From sequence record NC_028780.1: a stretch of 64,000 nucleotides of DNA; one strand, given 5' to 3'. The translations under genes and the position numbers were made by a program. Origin of the DNA: Escherichia phage slur07. Positions 26,049 to 36,757 of the stretch are shown piece after piece (positions within the stretch are counted from its first letter, which is position 1; each line of letters starts with the position of its first letter). Below the pieces are notes generated by a model. That model searched no databases. It was not told the origin of the DNA and saw nothing but the letters and a program-made list of their open reading frames with translations.

Positions 26049-27733
26049 AGAATTTTAAACTAAATCGAGTTAGGTATCAAAATATAATGTCAGTAGGTGG
26101 AAATCCTATTGACATTCAATTAGATAAGGTTCAAAAAACTCTTATTACTGGACGAAATGGCGGTGGTAAGTCTACTATGCTAGAAGCCATCACATTTGGG
26201 CTTTTTGGCAAGCCATTTCGTGATGTAAAGAAAGGTCAATTAATAAACAGCACAAATAAGAAAGAACTTTTAGTTGAACTGTGGATGGAATATGATGAGA
26301 AAAAGTACTATATCAAAAGAGGACAAAAACCGAACGTTTTCGAAATCACCGTTAACGGTACACGTCTTAATGAATCTGCCAGCAGTAAAGATTTCCAAGC
26401 AGAATTTGAACAGCTTATCGGAATGTCATATGCCAGTTTCAAGCAGATTGTTGTCCTTGGTACAGCAGGGTATACCCCTTTCATGGGTTTGTCGACCCCT
26501 GCACGAAGAAAGCTTGTGGAAGACCTGCTTGAGGTAGGAACATTAGCTGAAATGGATAAGCTTAATAAAGCACTAATACGTGAATTAAATTCACAAAACC
26601 AAGTGCTTGATGTTAAAAAAGATAGTATTATCCAACAAATTAAAATATATAATGATAACGTTGAACGCCAGAAAAAATTAACGGGTGACAACCTTACTCG
26701 TCTGCAAAATATGTACGATGATTTGGCAAAAGAAGCTAGAACGCTAAAATCGGAAATAGAAGAAGCTAATGAAAGATTAGTTAATATTGTTTTGGATGAA
26801 GACCCGACTGATGCATTTAATAAAATCGGTCAAGAAGCAGTTTTAATTAAATCAAAAATTGACTCATATAATAAAGTCATTAATATGTATCACGAAGGTG
26901 GATTATGTCCAACCTGTTTGTCGCAATTAAGTTCCGGTGATAAAGTTGTTTCTAAAATTAAAGATAAAGTTTCTGAATGCACGCATTCGTTTGAACAGCT
27001 TTCAACACATCGTGATAATTTAAAAGTTCTTGTTGATGAATACCGAGATAATATTAAAACCCAACAGTCGTTGGCAAATGATATTCGCAATAAAAAGCAA
27101 TCTCTAATCACGACGGTAGATAAAGCTAAAAAAGTTAAAGCGGCTATAGAAAAAGCATCTTCTGAGTTTATTGACCATGCTGATGAAATAGCACTGCTTC
27201 AAGAAGAACTTGATAAAATTGTTAAGACAAAAACTAATTTAGTAATGGAAAAATACCACCGAGGAATTTTGACTGATATGCTCAAAGATTCTGGTATTAA
27301 AGGTGCTATTATTAAAAAGTACATTCCATTATTTAATAAGCAGATTAACCATTATCTTAAAATAATGGAAGCGGATTATGTGTTTACATTAGATGAAGAA
27401 TTTAATGAGACAATTAAATCCCGTGGTCGTGAAGATTTTAGTTATGCTTCATTCAGTCAAGGTGAAAAAGCACGAATTGATATTGCTCTTTTATTTACTT
27501 GGCGTGATATTGCTGAAAAAGTTTCAGGTGTTAAAATAAGTTGTTTATTTCTTGATGAAGTGTATGACGGTGCATTTGATGCTGAAGGTATTAAAAATGT
27601 AGCTAAAATTTTAGATGGTTTGAAGGATACCAACTTCTTCATAATTTCGCATAAAGACCATGACCCACAAGAATATGGTCAGCATATTCAGATGGAAAAA
27701 GTTGGTAGATTTAGTTTAGCTAAGATTAGCTAA
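26045..27733 (+). CDS. 46: recombination ATPase subunit gp46 (Rad50/SbcC-like)
   Basis: 562 aa; Walker A GRNGGGKST, central coiled coil with CPTC zinc hook, C-terminal LFLDEVYDG. Confidence 0.9.
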   Translation: MKNFKLNRVRYQNIMSVGGNPIDIQLDKVQKTLITGRNGGGKSTMLEAITFGLFGKPFRDVKKGQLINSTNKKELLVELWMEYDEKKYYIKRGQKPNVFEITVNGTRLNESASSKDFQAEFEQLIGMSYASFKQIVVLGTAGYTPFMGLSTPARRKLVEDLLEVGTLAEMDKLNKALIRELNSQNQVLDVKKDSIIQQIKIYNDNVERQKKLTGDNLTRLQNMYDDLAKEARTLKSEIEEANERLVNIVLDEDPTDAFNKIGQEAVLIKSKIDSYNKVINMYHEGGLCPTCLSQLSSGDKVVSKIKDKVSECTHSFEQLSTHRDNLKVLVDEYRDNIKTQQSLANDIRNKKQSLITTVDKAKKVKAAIEKASSEFIDHADEIALLQEELDKIVKTKTNLVMEKYHRGILTDMLKDSGIKGAIIKKYIPLFNKQINHYLKIMEADYVFTLDEEFNETIKSRGREDFSYASFSQGEKARIDIALLFTWRDIAEKVSGVKISCLFLDEVYDGAFDAEGIKNVAKILDGLKDTNFFIISHKDHDPQEYGQHIQMEKVGRFSLAKIS

Positions 27734-28442
27734 GTTTATATTTACAGTTATCATTATGCCACCTTGATAAATTTCCGAAAGTGGTAACTTTACCGCAATG
27801 GACGCAAGTACCAGTCTTTTCAGTTTTCTTGCGTCCATTTGGATTTTTCTTGCAGAAATTTCTATGCGCTGCGATAACGCATTTCTTGCCTATCATTCCG
27901 CAGAATTCGCAGGATGTTTCTTCAAGAACGATTGCTTTAAGCCCGTTTGAGATATTATTTCTGTGTTCTTTAGACATTGGTGGTCTAACTTTAGGATTGG
28001 GGTGATTTGGGCAGTTATCAAAATGCCAACGATTCATATTCCCGCTTAATCCAGACTTACCGCAATGAGGACAAGTTAGTCTTGCTTTATTAGCTACTGC
28101 ATCAGACATTTTCTTTCGTGTCTCCTGGGAGAATTCTTTATTCTTTTCTATTTCCCAGAGTTTACGACGAATCCAACCGAAAGTTTTATTGTTGCGTTTA
28201 GCGTATTTTGTGGAAACTGTCATCATGTTAGCAGCATAGACTAATTTTGGTTCAGAAGGATAAATTTTTACTAAAAGTTGATGAGCTACATAGTGCTCTT
28301 CTGGTGTTAAATCTACTAAGTTTGAGGCATCATCGCTGCCATTTAAACAGCGTGGTATAATGTGATGAGATTCAGTATAGCAATCAAGTTTTCGAGATTT
28401 AGCATTAGAGATTAACTTTTCATAAATTAGTTTATAATTCAT
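27726..28442 (-). mobile_element. free-standing HNH homing endonuclease-like gene (Mob-type), antisense
   Basis: 238 aa minus-strand ORF with SD; HNH motif ESHHIIPR...N...H; three repeated Cys zinc-finger units (CPHCGK...WHFDNC, CEFCG...C, CVHCGK...WHNDNC); convergent with 46. Confidence 0.75.
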
Positions 28443-28493
28443 AACATATCCTTTTGATACAGCGAGTGATAAACATATTTATACGGAGGAACT

Positions 28494-28685
28494 GTGGCAG
28501 AATATTCAACTGGACAGCATCTATTAACTATTCCTGAAATAAAACGATATATTCTGAGAAATAATTTTTCTAATGAAGAGCATATAGTTACTGAATCTAT
28601 GCTTAGGAATGCATTTAAATCAGAATATACAAAAATAATGTCCAATAGAAATGAAGCTTGGACTGTTACTGATTATTATGACTAA
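28494..28685 (+). CDS. hypothetical protein (45.2 position)
   Basis: 63 aa; GTG start with SD ggagga. Confidence 0.4.
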   Translation: MAEYSTGQHLLTIPEIKRYILRNNFSNEEHIVTESMLRNAFKSEYTKIMSNRNEAWTVTDYYD

Positions 28686-28694
28686 AGGTGTATT

Positions 28695-29084
28695 ATGACT
28701 AAAATTACTGTGAATTATACTGTTGACGTAAAAGATATTCAGCCAAAACACGTGCGTTCTGAATCAAATCCACAAAACCAAAATAAAATTCGTCGAGCAT
28801 GGGTTTTGTCTCTTTCTGATAACGCAATGGAAGTTATTCAGAACAAAATTAAATCTGCACCTGCTCGTCATGCGTATTATGAAGCTATCGATCGTGAAGT
28901 AAGTAATAAATGGATTGAACTAATGCGCAAACATACTACAGAATCCCTAAACGCCGGTGCTAAATTTATTATGACTTCATGTGGTGAACGCCTTGAAGAT
29001 GATTATTGTGGTAATGCAGATGAACGTCTAATTGTTGCTGCTCAAATTGTTGCGGAAACAATTGCGGCTGATTTTAATCGTTAA
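28695..29084 (+). CDS. rpbA: RNA polymerase-binding protein RpbA
   Basis: 129 aa (T4 RpbA length); position immediately upstream of gene 45. Confidence 0.7.
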
Positions 29085-29139
29085 TTGCTTTATTAAATTA
29101 GTTATAAAATTAAATCTCATTTGAATTGAAGGAAATTAC

Positions 29140-29826
29140 ATGAAACTGTCTAAAGATACTACTGCTCTGCTTAAAAATTTCGCTACTATTAACTCCGGTA
29201 TTATGCTTAAATCCGGTCAATTTATTATGACTCGCGCAGTTAATGGTACAACTTATGCGGAAGCAAATATTTCTGACGTTATTGATTTTGATGTAGCAAT
29301 TTACGATTTGAACGGTTTTCTCGGTATTCTGTCTCTAGTTAATGATGATGCAGAAATTTCCCAGTCAGAAGATGGAAATATTAAAATTGCTGATGCTCGT
29401 TCAACAATTTTTTGGCCAGCAGCCGATCCGAGTACAGTAGTTGCTCCTAATAAACCAATTCCATTCCCGGTAGCATCTGTTGTTACTGAAATTAAAGCTG
29501 AAGACCTTCAACAACTGTTGCGTGTATCTCGTGGTCTGCAAATTGATACAATTGCTATCACGGTAAAAGAAGGTAAAATCGTAATTAACGGTTTTAATAA
29601 AGTAGAAGATTCTGCTCTGACCCGTGTTAAATATTCTTTGACTCTTGGTGATTATGATGGTGAAAATACATTTAATTTCATTATCAATATGGCAAATATG
29701 AAAATGCAACCAGGAAATTATAAACTTCTGCTCTGGGCAAAAGGTAAACAAGGTGCTGCTAAATTTGAAGGTGAACATGCGAATTATGTAGTAGCTCTTG
29801 AAGCTGATTCCACCCACGATTTTTAA
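29140..29826 (+). CDS. 45: sliding clamp gp45
   Basis: 228 aa; sequence recognised as T4 gp45 (MKLSKDTTALLKNFATINSGIMLKSGQFIMTRAVNG...). Confidence 0.95.
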   Translation: MKLSKDTTALLKNFATINSGIMLKSGQFIMTRAVNGTTYAEANISDVIDFDVAIYDLNGFLGILSLVNDDAEISQSEDGNIKIADARSTIFWPAADPSTVVAPNKPIPFPVASVVTEIKAEDLQQLLRVSRGLQIDTIAITVKEGKIVINGFNKVEDSALTRVKYSLTLGDYDGENTFNFIINMANMKMQPGNYKLLLWAKGKQGAAKFEGEHANYVVALEADSTHDF

Positions 29827-29830
29827 TAGA

Positions 29831-29845
29831 GGGCTTCGGCCCTTT
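29831..29845 (+). terminator. rho-independent terminator
   Basis: GGGCTTCGGCCC followed by TTTATAATTT. Confidence 0.6.
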
Positions 29846-29877
29846 ATAATTTACACTAAAACTTGAATGAGGAAATT

Positions 29878-30837
29878 ATGATTACCGTAAATGAAAAAGA
29901 ACACATTCTTGAACAGAAATATCGTCCATCTACTATCGATGAATGTATTCTTCCCGCCTTTGATAAAGAAACCTTTAAATCTATTACAAGTAAAGGTAAG
30001 ATTCCACATATTATTCTTCATTCTCCTTCTCCAGGAACAGGTAAAACAACTGTAGCAAAAGCATTGTGTCATGATGTAAATGCTGATATGATGTTTGTGA
30101 ATGGGTCAGATTGTAAAATTGATTTCGTTCGTGGTCCTTTAACTAATTTTGCCAGCGCCGCTTCATTTGATGGTCGTCAAAAAGTAATCGTTATTGATGA
30201 ATTTGACCGCTCAGGTTTAGCAGAATCTCAGCGACATCTTCGTTCCTTTATGGAAGCTTACAGCTCAAACTGTAGTATTATTATTACTGCTAACAATATT
30301 GATGGTATTATTAAACCGCTTCAGTCACGCTGCCGAGTTATCACATTCGGTCAACCGACCGATGAAGATAAAATTGAAATGATGAAGCAGATGATTCGTC
30401 GGTTGACCGAAATCTGTAAACATGAAGGTATTGCTATAGCTGATATGAAAGTTGTAGCAGCTTTGGTTAAAAAGAATTTTCCTGATTTTCGTAAAACTAT
30501 TGGCGAGCTCGATAGTTATTCATCTAAAGGTGTTTTGGATGCTGGTATTTTATCACTGGTTACTAACGATCGTGGTGCTATTGATGATGTTCTTGAGTCT
30601 CTCAAAAATAAAAATGTTAAACAACTCAGAGCTTTAGCACCAAAATATGCAGCCGATTATTCGTGGTTCGTGGGTAAACTTGCCGAAGAAATCTATTCAC
30701 GTGTAACTCCACAAAGTATTATTCGTATGTACGAAATTGTCGGCGAAAATAATCAGTATCATGGTATTGCAGCTAATACTGAATTGCATTTAGCTTATCT
30801 TTTCATTCAATTAGCATGCGAAATGCAGTGGAAGTGA
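29878..30837 (+). CDS. 44: clamp loader large subunit gp44
   Basis: 319 aa from ATG 29878 ([17 protein letters not shown]...); AAA+ Walker [11 protein letters not shown], Walker B VIVIDEFD. Confidence 0.9.
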   Translation: MITVNEKEHILEQKYRPSTIDECILPAFDKETFKSITSKGKIPHIILHSPSPGTGKTTVAKALCHDVNADMMFVNGSDCKIDFVRGPLTNFASAASFDGRQKVIVIDEFDRSGLAESQRHLRSFMEAYSSNCSIIITANNIDGIIKPLQSRCRVITFGQPTDEDKIEMMKQMIRRLTEICKHEGIAIADMKVVAALVKKNFPDFRKTIGELDSYSSKGVLDAGILSLVTNDRGAIDDVLESLKNKNVKQLRALAPKYAADYSWFVGKLAEEIYSRVTPQSIIRMYEIVGENNQYHGIAANTELHLAYLFIQLACEMQWK

Positions 30838-30838
30838 T

Positions 30839-31402
30839 ATGAGCTTATTTGAAGATGATATTCAATTAAACGAGCATCAAATTGCTTGGTATTCAAAAGA
30901 TTGGACAGCTGTCCAATCCGCTGCTGATTCTTTTAAAGAAAAAGCTGAAAATGAATTTTTTGAAATAATTGGAGCTATCAATAATAAAACTAAATGCTCA
31001 ATTGCTCAAAAAGATTATTCAAAATTCATGGTCGAAAATGCATTATCACAATTTCCAGAGTGCATGCCAGCTGTATATGCTATGAATTTAATTGGATCAG
31101 GCTTAAGTGATGAAGCTCATTTTAATTATCTAATGGCTGCAGTTCCTCGTGGTAAAAGATATGGTAAATGGGCAAAACTGGTTGAAGATTCCACCGAAGT
31201 ATTGATTATTAAGTTACTTGCTAAGCGGTATCAAGTTAATACAAATGATGCAATTAACTATAAATCAATTCTTACTAAAAATGGAAAACTACCTTTAGTA
31301 TTAAAAGAACTTAAAGGATTAGTCACGGATGATTTTTTGAAAGAAGTGACTAAGAACGTAAAAGAACAGAAACAACTCAAAAAACTAGCATTGGAATGGT
31401 AA
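30839..31402 (+). CDS. 62: clamp loader small subunit gp62
   Basis: 187 aa (T4 gp62 length); position between 44 and regA. Confidence 0.85.
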   Translation: MSLFEDDIQLNEHQIAWYSKDWTAVQSAADSFKEKAENEFFEIIGAINNKTKCSIAQKDYSKFMVENALSQFPECMPAVYAMNLIGSGLSDEAHFNYLMAAVPRGKRYGKWAKLVEDSTEVLIIKLLAKRYQVNTNDAINYKSILTKNGKLPLVLKELKGLVTDDFLKEVTKNVKEQKQLKKLALEW

Positions 31403-31403
31403 A

Positions 31404-31772
31404 ATGATTGAAATTACTCTTAAAAAACCTGAAGATTTTCTGAAAGTAAAAGAAACTTTGACTCGTATGGGAATTGCTAATAATAAAGATAAAGTTCTGT
31501 ATCAGTCCTGTCATATTCTTCAGAAAAAAGGACTATACTATATCGTTCATTTTAAAGAAATGCTTCGTATGGATGGCCGTCAAGTTGAAATGACAGAAGA
31601 AGATGAAGTTCGTCGTGATTCGATTGCATGGCTATTAGAAGATTGGGGACTGATTGAAATCGTTCCTGGTCAAAGAACTTTTATGAAAGATTTAACTAAT
31701 AACTTCCGAGTTATTTCTTTTAAACAAAAACATGAATGGAAACTCGTTCCTAAATATACGATTGGTAATTAA
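31404..31772 (+). CDS. regA: translational repressor RegA
   Basis: 122 aa (T4 RegA length); position between 62 and 43. Confidence 0.85.
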   Translation: MIEITLKKPEDFLKVKETLTRMGIANNKDKVLYQSCHILQKKGLYYIVHFKEMLRMDGRQVEMTEEDEVRRDSIAWLLEDWGLIEIVPGQRTFMKDLTNNFRVISFKQKHEWKLVPKYTIGN

Positions 31773-31782
31773 GGTAAATTAT

Positions 31783-32019
31783 ATGACACAATCAGAGATT
31801 CAGTTTACCGAAGCTTTTCTAATATTCGAAAATCTAAAACAAACATATGGTCTGTCTTCTACCCAACTGGTTTTTGACCTCCCGGAAGATAAACAAATAG
31901 AATTCCAAAAAGAATTCCAACGATTAGTTTACCCACGCCAACGCGCATTTCATGCGATTATCAAAACCACAAATACAGATGGCAAGTCCGTTATATCGCG
32001 TCGTACAATAGAAATTTAA
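31783..32019 (+). CDS. hypothetical protein
   Basis: 78 aa from ATG 31783. Confidence 0.4.
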   Translation: MTQSEIQFTEAFLIFENLKQTYGLSSTQLVFDLPEDKQIEFQKEFQRLVYPRQRAFHAIIKTTNTDGKSVISRRTIEI

Positions 32020-32025
32020 AGCAAA

Positions 32026-32042
32026 GGGGCTTCGGCCCCTTA
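32026..32042 (+). terminator. rho-independent terminator
   Basis: GGGGCTTCGGCCCC hairpin followed by TTATTT; a TATAAT at 32050-32055 follows. Confidence 0.55.
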
Positions 32043-32099
32043 TTTGGAGTATAATATATCAAGAGCCTAATAACTCGGGCTATAAACTAAGGAATATCT

Positions 32100-34796
32100 A
32101 TGAAAGAATTTTATATCTCTATTGAAACAGTCGGAAATAATATTGTTGAACGTTATATTGATGAAAATGGAAAGGAACGTACTCGTGAAGTAGAATATCT
32201 TCCAACTATGTTTAGGCATTGTAAGGAAGAGTCAAAGTACAAAGACATCTATGGTAAAAACTGCGCTCCTCAAAAATTTCCATCAATGAAAGATGCTCGA
32301 GATTGGATGAAACGAATGGAAGACATCGGTCTCGAAGCTCTCGGTATGAACGATTTTAAACTCGCTTATATCAGTGATACATACGGTTCAGAAATTGTTT
32401 ATGACCGAAAATTTGTTCGTGTAGCTAACTGTGACATTGAGGTTACTGGTGATAAATTTCCTGACCCAATGAAAGCTGAATATGAAATTGATGCTATCAC
32501 TCATTACGATTCAATTGATGATCGTTTTTATGTTTTCGACCTTTTGAATTCAATGTATGGTTCAGTATCAAAATGGGATGCAAAGTTAGCTGCTAAGCTT
32601 GACTGTGAAGGTGGTGATGAAGTTCCTCAAGAAATTCTTGACCGAGTAATTTATATGCCATTCGATAATGAGCGTGATATGCTCATGGAATATATCAATC
32701 TCTGGGAACAGAAACGACCTGCTATTTTTACTGGTTGGAATATTGAGGGATTTGACGTTCCGTATATCATGAATCGCGTTAAAATGGTTCTCGGTGAACG
32801 TAGTATGAAACGCTTCTCTCCAATCGGTCGAGTAAAATCTAAACTTATCCAAAATATGTACGGTAGCAAAGAAATTTATTCTATTGATGGCGTATCTATT
32901 CTTGATTATTTAGATTTGTATAAGAAATTCGCATTTACTAATTTGCCGTCATTCTCTTTGGAATCAGTTGCTCAGCATGAAACCAAAAAAGGTAAATTAC
33001 CATACGACGGTCCTATTAATAAACTTCGTGAGACTAATCATCAACGATACATTAGTTATAACATCATTGACGTAGAATCAGTTCAAGCAATTGATAAAAT
33101 TCGCGGGTTTATCGATCTAGTTTTAAGTATGTCTTATTACGCTAAAATGCCTTTTTCCGGTGTAATGAGTCCTATTAAAACTTGGGATGCTATTATTTTT
33201 AACTCATTGAAAGGTGAACATAAGGTTATTCCTCAACAAGGTTCGCACGTTAAACAAAGTTTTCCGGGTGCATTTGTATTTGAACCTAAACCAATTGCTC
33301 GTCGATATATTATGAGTTTTGACTTGACGTCTCTGTATCCGAGCATTATTCGTCAGGTTAACATTAGTCCTGAGACTATTCGCGGACAGTTTAAAGTTCA
33401 TCCAATTCATGAATATATCGCAGGAACAGCTCCTAAACCGAGCGATGAATATTCTTGTTCTCCGAATGGATGGATGTATGATAAGCATCAAGAAGGTATC
33501 ATTCCAAAGGAAATCGCTAAAGTATTTTTCCAGCGTAAAGATTGGAAAAAGAAAATGTTCGCTGAAGAAATGAATGCCGAAGCTATTAAAAAGATTATTA
33601 TGAAAGGCGCAGGGTCCTGTTCAACTAAACCAGAAGTTGAACGATATGTTAAGTTCAGTGATGATTTCTTAAATGAACTATCGAATTATACTGAATCTGT
33701 TCTCAATAGTTTGATTGAGGAATGTGAAAAAGCAGCTACACTTGCTAATACAAATCAGCTGAACCGTAAAATTCTTATTAACAGTCTTTATGGTGCTCTT
33801 GGTAATATTCATTTCCGTTACTATGATTTGCGAAATGCTACTGCTATCACAATTTTCGGCCAAGTTGGTATTCAGTGGATTGCTCGTAAAATTAATGAAT
33901 ATCTGAATAAAGTATGCGGAACTAATGGTGAAGATTTCATTGCAGCAGGTGATACTGATTCGGTATATGTTTGTGTAGATAAAGTTATTGAAAAAGTTGG
34001 TCTTGACCGATTCAAAGAGCAGAACGATTTGGTTGAATTCATGAATCAGTTCGGTAAGAAAAAGATGGAACCTATGATTGATGTTGCATATCGTGAGTTA
34101 TGTGATTATATGAATAACCGCGAGCATCTGATGCATATGGACCGTGAAGCTATTTCTTGCCCTCCACTTGGTTCAAAGGGCATTGGCGGATTTTGGAAAG
34201 CGAAAAAGCGTTATGCTCTGAACGTTTATGATATGGAAGATAAGCGATTTGCTGAACCACATCTAAAAATCATGGGTATGGAAACTCAGCAGAGTTCAAC
34301 ACCAAAGGCAGTGCAAGAAGCTCTCGAAGAAAGTATTCGTCGTATTCTTCAGGAAGGTGAAGAGTCTGTCCAAGAATATTACAAAAACTTCGAGAAAGAA
34401 TATCGTCAACTTGACTATAAAGTTATTGCTGAAGTAAAAACTGCGAACGATATAGCGAAATATGATGATAAAGGTTGGCCAGGATTTAAATGTCCGTTCC
34501 ATATTCGTGGTGTGCTAACTTATCGTCGAGCTGTTAGTGGTCTGGGTGTAGCTCCAATTTTGGATGGAAATAAAGTAATGGTTCTTCCATTGCGTGAAGG
34601 AAATCCATTTGGTGACAAGTGCATTGCTTGGCCGTCGGGCACAGAACTTCCAAAAGAAATTCGTTCTGATGTACTATCTTGGATTGACTACTCAACTTTG
34701 TTCCAAAAATCGTTTGTTAAACCGCTTGCGGGTATGTGTGAATCGGCAGGTATGGACTATGAGGAAAAAGCTTCGTTAGACTTCCTGTTTGGCTGA
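32100..34796 (+). CDS. 43: DNA polymerase gp43 (family B)
   Basis: 898 aa (T4 gp43 length); exonuclease motifs, polymerase motifs LYPSII, KILINSLYGALG, AAGDTDSVYV. Confidence 0.95.
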   Translation: MKEFYISIETVGNNIVERYIDENGKERTREVEYLPTMFRHCKEESKYKDIYGKNCAPQKFPSMKDARDWMKRMEDIGLEALGMNDFKLAYISDTYGSEIVYDRKFVRVANCDIEVTGDKFPDPMKAEYEIDAITHYDSIDDRFYVFDLLNSMYGSVSKWDAKLAAKLDCEGGDEVPQEILDRVIYMPFDNERDMLMEYINLWEQKRPAIFTGWNIEGFDVPYIMNRVKMVLGERSMKRFSPIGRVKSKLIQNMYGSKEIYSIDGVSILDYLDLYKKFAFTNLPSFSLESVAQHETKKGKLPYDGPINKLRETNHQRYISYNIIDVESVQAIDKIRGFIDLVLSMSYYAKMPFSGVMSPIKTWDAIIFNSLKGEHKVIPQQGSHVKQSFPGAFVFEPKPIARRYIMSFDLTSLYPSIIRQVNISPETIRGQFKVHPIHEYIAGTAPKPSDEYSCSPNGWMYDKHQEGIIPKEIAKVFFQRKDWKKKMFAEEMNAEAIKKIIMKGAGSCSTKPEVERYVKFSDDFLNELSNYTESVLNSLIEECEKAATLANTNQLNRKILINSLYGALGNIHFRYYDLRNATAITIFGQVGIQWIARKINEYLNKVCGTNGEDFIAAGDTDSVYVCVDKVIEKVGLDRFKEQNDLVEFMNQFGKKKMEPMIDVAYRELCDYMNNREHLMHMDREAISCPPLGSKGIGGFWKAKKRYALNVYDMEDKRFAEPHLKIMGMETQQSSTPKAVQEALEESIRRILQEGEESVQEYYKNFEKEYRQLDYKVIAEVKTANDIAKYDDKGWPGFKCPFHIRGVLTYRRAVSGLGVAPILDGNKVMVLPLREGNPFGDKCIAWPSGTELPKEIRSDVLSWIDYSTLFQKSFVKPLAGMCESAGMDYEEKASLDFLFG

Positions 34797-34809
34797 TAGA
34801 ATAAATCTA

Positions 34810-34830
34810 GGGACCTCCGGGTCCCTTTTT
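34810..34830 (+). terminator. rho-independent terminator
   Basis: gggacc-tccg-ggtccc hairpin followed by T5. Confidence 0.8.
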
Positions 34831-34912
34831 CATACAAGTAATATAAATCTATACTTATGAAAAACAGATGATTCTGGACCTTTAGAATTCCCTAAAAAAT
34901 TTTCACAAAACT

Positions 34913-34979
34913 GTTTACAAGACTGTTCCTCTGTGGTACTATACAACTATCAACTAATACGGATTTGGAGAATAAAATG
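34913..34979 (+). repeat. PeSL-like early promoter/leader cassette (copy 4)
   Basis: GTTTAC 34913-34918, TACTAT 34937-34942, leader ...ctatacaactatcaactaatacggatttggagaataaaATG (ATG 34977). Confidence 0.75.
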
Positions 34980-35213
34980 AAAATTGTTTATGGTTGCTTA
35001 GCAGTGTGTTTAGTTGCATTAGCCGCTGTTCCATTTATTGATATTGAAAATGATACTCAGAATGTGATTGAATCTAATACTGTTATTCACATGAATGGTA
35101 AAGTATCAACAAAAATTGATGATAATCTTCATATGAATACTAATGGAACGCTGGGTGTTCAATTAGGTAATACCTGTGTAAGCACTACTGGAGTAATTAC
35201 TACTTGTATTTGA
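34977..35213 (+). CDS. secreted/membrane hypothetical protein
   Basis: 78 aa; N-terminal hydrophobic segment (IVYGCLAVCLVALAAVPFI). Confidence 0.45.
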   Translation: MKIVYGCLAVCLVALAAVPFIDIENDTQNVIESNTVIHMNGKVSTKIDDNLHMNTNGTLGVQLGNTCVSTTGVITTCI

Positions 35214-35223
35214 GGAAATTATT

Positions 35224-35604
35224 ATGAAAATCGCTATTTTGATTATTGCATTAGGTCTTACTGGCTGTGTAGCTCAAGGACCAGTAGTAAATCAGTCTGA
35301 TGCAGGAAAAATTGTAAACTGTTCAAGCAAGTTTTATAATCCTAATGTCAAGTGTTATAAAGAAGCTCCAAAACAGACAGTAGAACAAATGCAGGCGAAT
35401 TTTGACGAAGCTATTCGTCCAGATGAATCTGCTCAAGCATATCGTAATTCGGATGTAATTACACGCGAAGAAAAAATTGAAAACTACTGCGCCGAAATTT
35501 GGGCTAATTGGGCTAATAATTACCAATGGCGTACTGGTAAAAATGCTCCGATGGAGTATGTAGTGAATTCTTATAATTCATGCGTAAAAAATTTGACTAA
35601 GTGA
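35224..35604 (+). CDS. putative lipoprotein
   Basis: 126 aa; lipobox LTGC in MKIAILIIALGLTGCVAQ. Confidence 0.5.
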   Translation: MKIAILIIALGLTGCVAQGPVVNQSDAGKIVNCSSKFYNPNVKCYKEAPKQTVEQMQANFDEAIRPDESAQAYRNSDVITREEKIENYCAEIWANWANNYQWRTGKNAPMEYVVNSYNSCVKNLTK

Positions 35605-35611
35605 GGAAAAG

Positions 35612-35863
35612 ATGGAAACTTTAGTAGCAGGTTCAATTTTTATGGTTTTAGTTTCAGGCGTGTTGGCTATTATTATATACATGCTTCCATGGTTCATTGC
35701 CTTGATGCGTGGGTCAAAATCAACAGTAGGAATCTTTTTCACGTCTTTACTGTTTAACTGGTCAATTATTGGTTGGTTTATTACATTTATTTGGTCAATT
35801 GCGGGTGAAACCAAAAAGTCTGCACAGCCAAATCAGGTAATTATCATCAGAGAGAAGGAATGA
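35612..35863 (+). CDS. imm: superinfection immunity protein (Imm-like)
   Basis: 83 aa (T4 Imm length), two TM helices; position between 43 and 42. Confidence 0.6.
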   Translation: METLVAGSIFMVLVSGVLAIIIYMLPWFIALMRGSKSTVGIFFTSLLFNWSIIGWFITFIWSIAGETKKSAQPNQVIIIREKE

Positions 35864-36009
35864 AAAGCAAAATTATAGCAGCATTGCTTTTAATCTTGAT
35901 GGTTATAATAAGTATATACTATAGTGTAACGGTTCCTCTTATGATTCCAACTATTATTTTAGGTTGGGGTTTATTACTGTTACAAGTTAAATATGAATGT
36001 ATCAATTGA
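35860..36009 (+). CDS. hypothetical small membrane protein
   Basis: 49 aa hydrophobic ORF not in track; ATGA-coupled to imm. Confidence 0.3.
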   Translation: MKSKIIAALLLILMVIISIYYSVTVPLMIPTIILGWGLLLLQVKYECIN

Positions 36010-36016
36010 GGTTTAA

Positions 36017-36757
36017 ATGATTAGTGACTCTATGACAGTTGAAGAAATCCGTCTTCATTTGGGGCTTGCATTAAAGGAAAAAGATTTCGTAGTTGATAAA
36101 ACTGGCGTTAAAACTATTGAAATTATTGGCGCATCATTTGTAGCAGATGAACCGTTTATTTTTGGCGCTCTTAATGATGAATACATTCAGCGTGAACTTG
36201 AATGGTATAAATCTAAGAGCTTGTTCGTTAAAGATATTCCGGGTGAAACACCGAAGATTTGGCAACAAGTAGCATCTTCTAAAGGTGAAATTAACTCGAA
36301 TTATGGTTGGGCTATCTGGTCAGAAGATAACTATGCCCAGTATGATATGTGTTTAGCTGAACTTGGTCAAAATCCTGATTCTCGGCGCGGTATCATGATT
36401 TATACTCGTCCATCTATGCAGTTTGACTACAATAAAGATGGTATGTCAGATTTCATGTGTACGAATACAGTACAATACCTGATTCGTGATAAGAAAGTCA
36501 ATGCAGTAGTAAGCATGCGCTCAAATGACGTGGTCTTCGGATTCCGTAATGATTATGCATGGCAAAAATACGTATTAGATAAATTAGTATCTGATTTGAA
36601 TGCAGGCGATTCAACTCGTCAATATAAAGCAGGTTTTATTATATGGAATGTTGGAAGTCTTCATGTATATTCTCGTCATTTTTATTTGGTTGATCATTGG
36701 TGGAATACTGGCGAAACTCATATTGTGAAAAAAGACTATAAAGGTGAGTGGAAATGA
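36017..36757 (+). CDS. 42: dCMP hydroxymethylase gp42
   Basis: 246 aa (T4 gp42 length); thymidylate-synthase-like fold motifs. Confidence 0.9.
   Translation: MISDSMTVEEIRLHLGLALKEKDFVVDKTGVKTIEIIGASFVADEPFIFGALNDEYIQRELEWYKSKSLFVKDIPGETPKIWQQVASSKGEINSNYGWAIWSEDNYAQYDMCLAELGQNPDSRRGIMIYTRPSMQFDYNKDGMSDFMCTNTVQYLIRDKKVNAVVSMRSNDVVFGFRNDYAWQKYVLDKLVSDLNAGDSTRQYKAGFIIWNVGSLHVYSRHFYLVDHWWNTGETHIVKKDYKGEWK

Noticed and set aside
29863-29877. Upstream start (29863) for clamp loader gene 44
   Set aside because: The T4 gp44 N-terminus MITVNEKEH begins at ATG 29878, which is preceded by the TGAGGAAATTATG initiation context; the 29863 ATG lies within the terminator/intergenic region.
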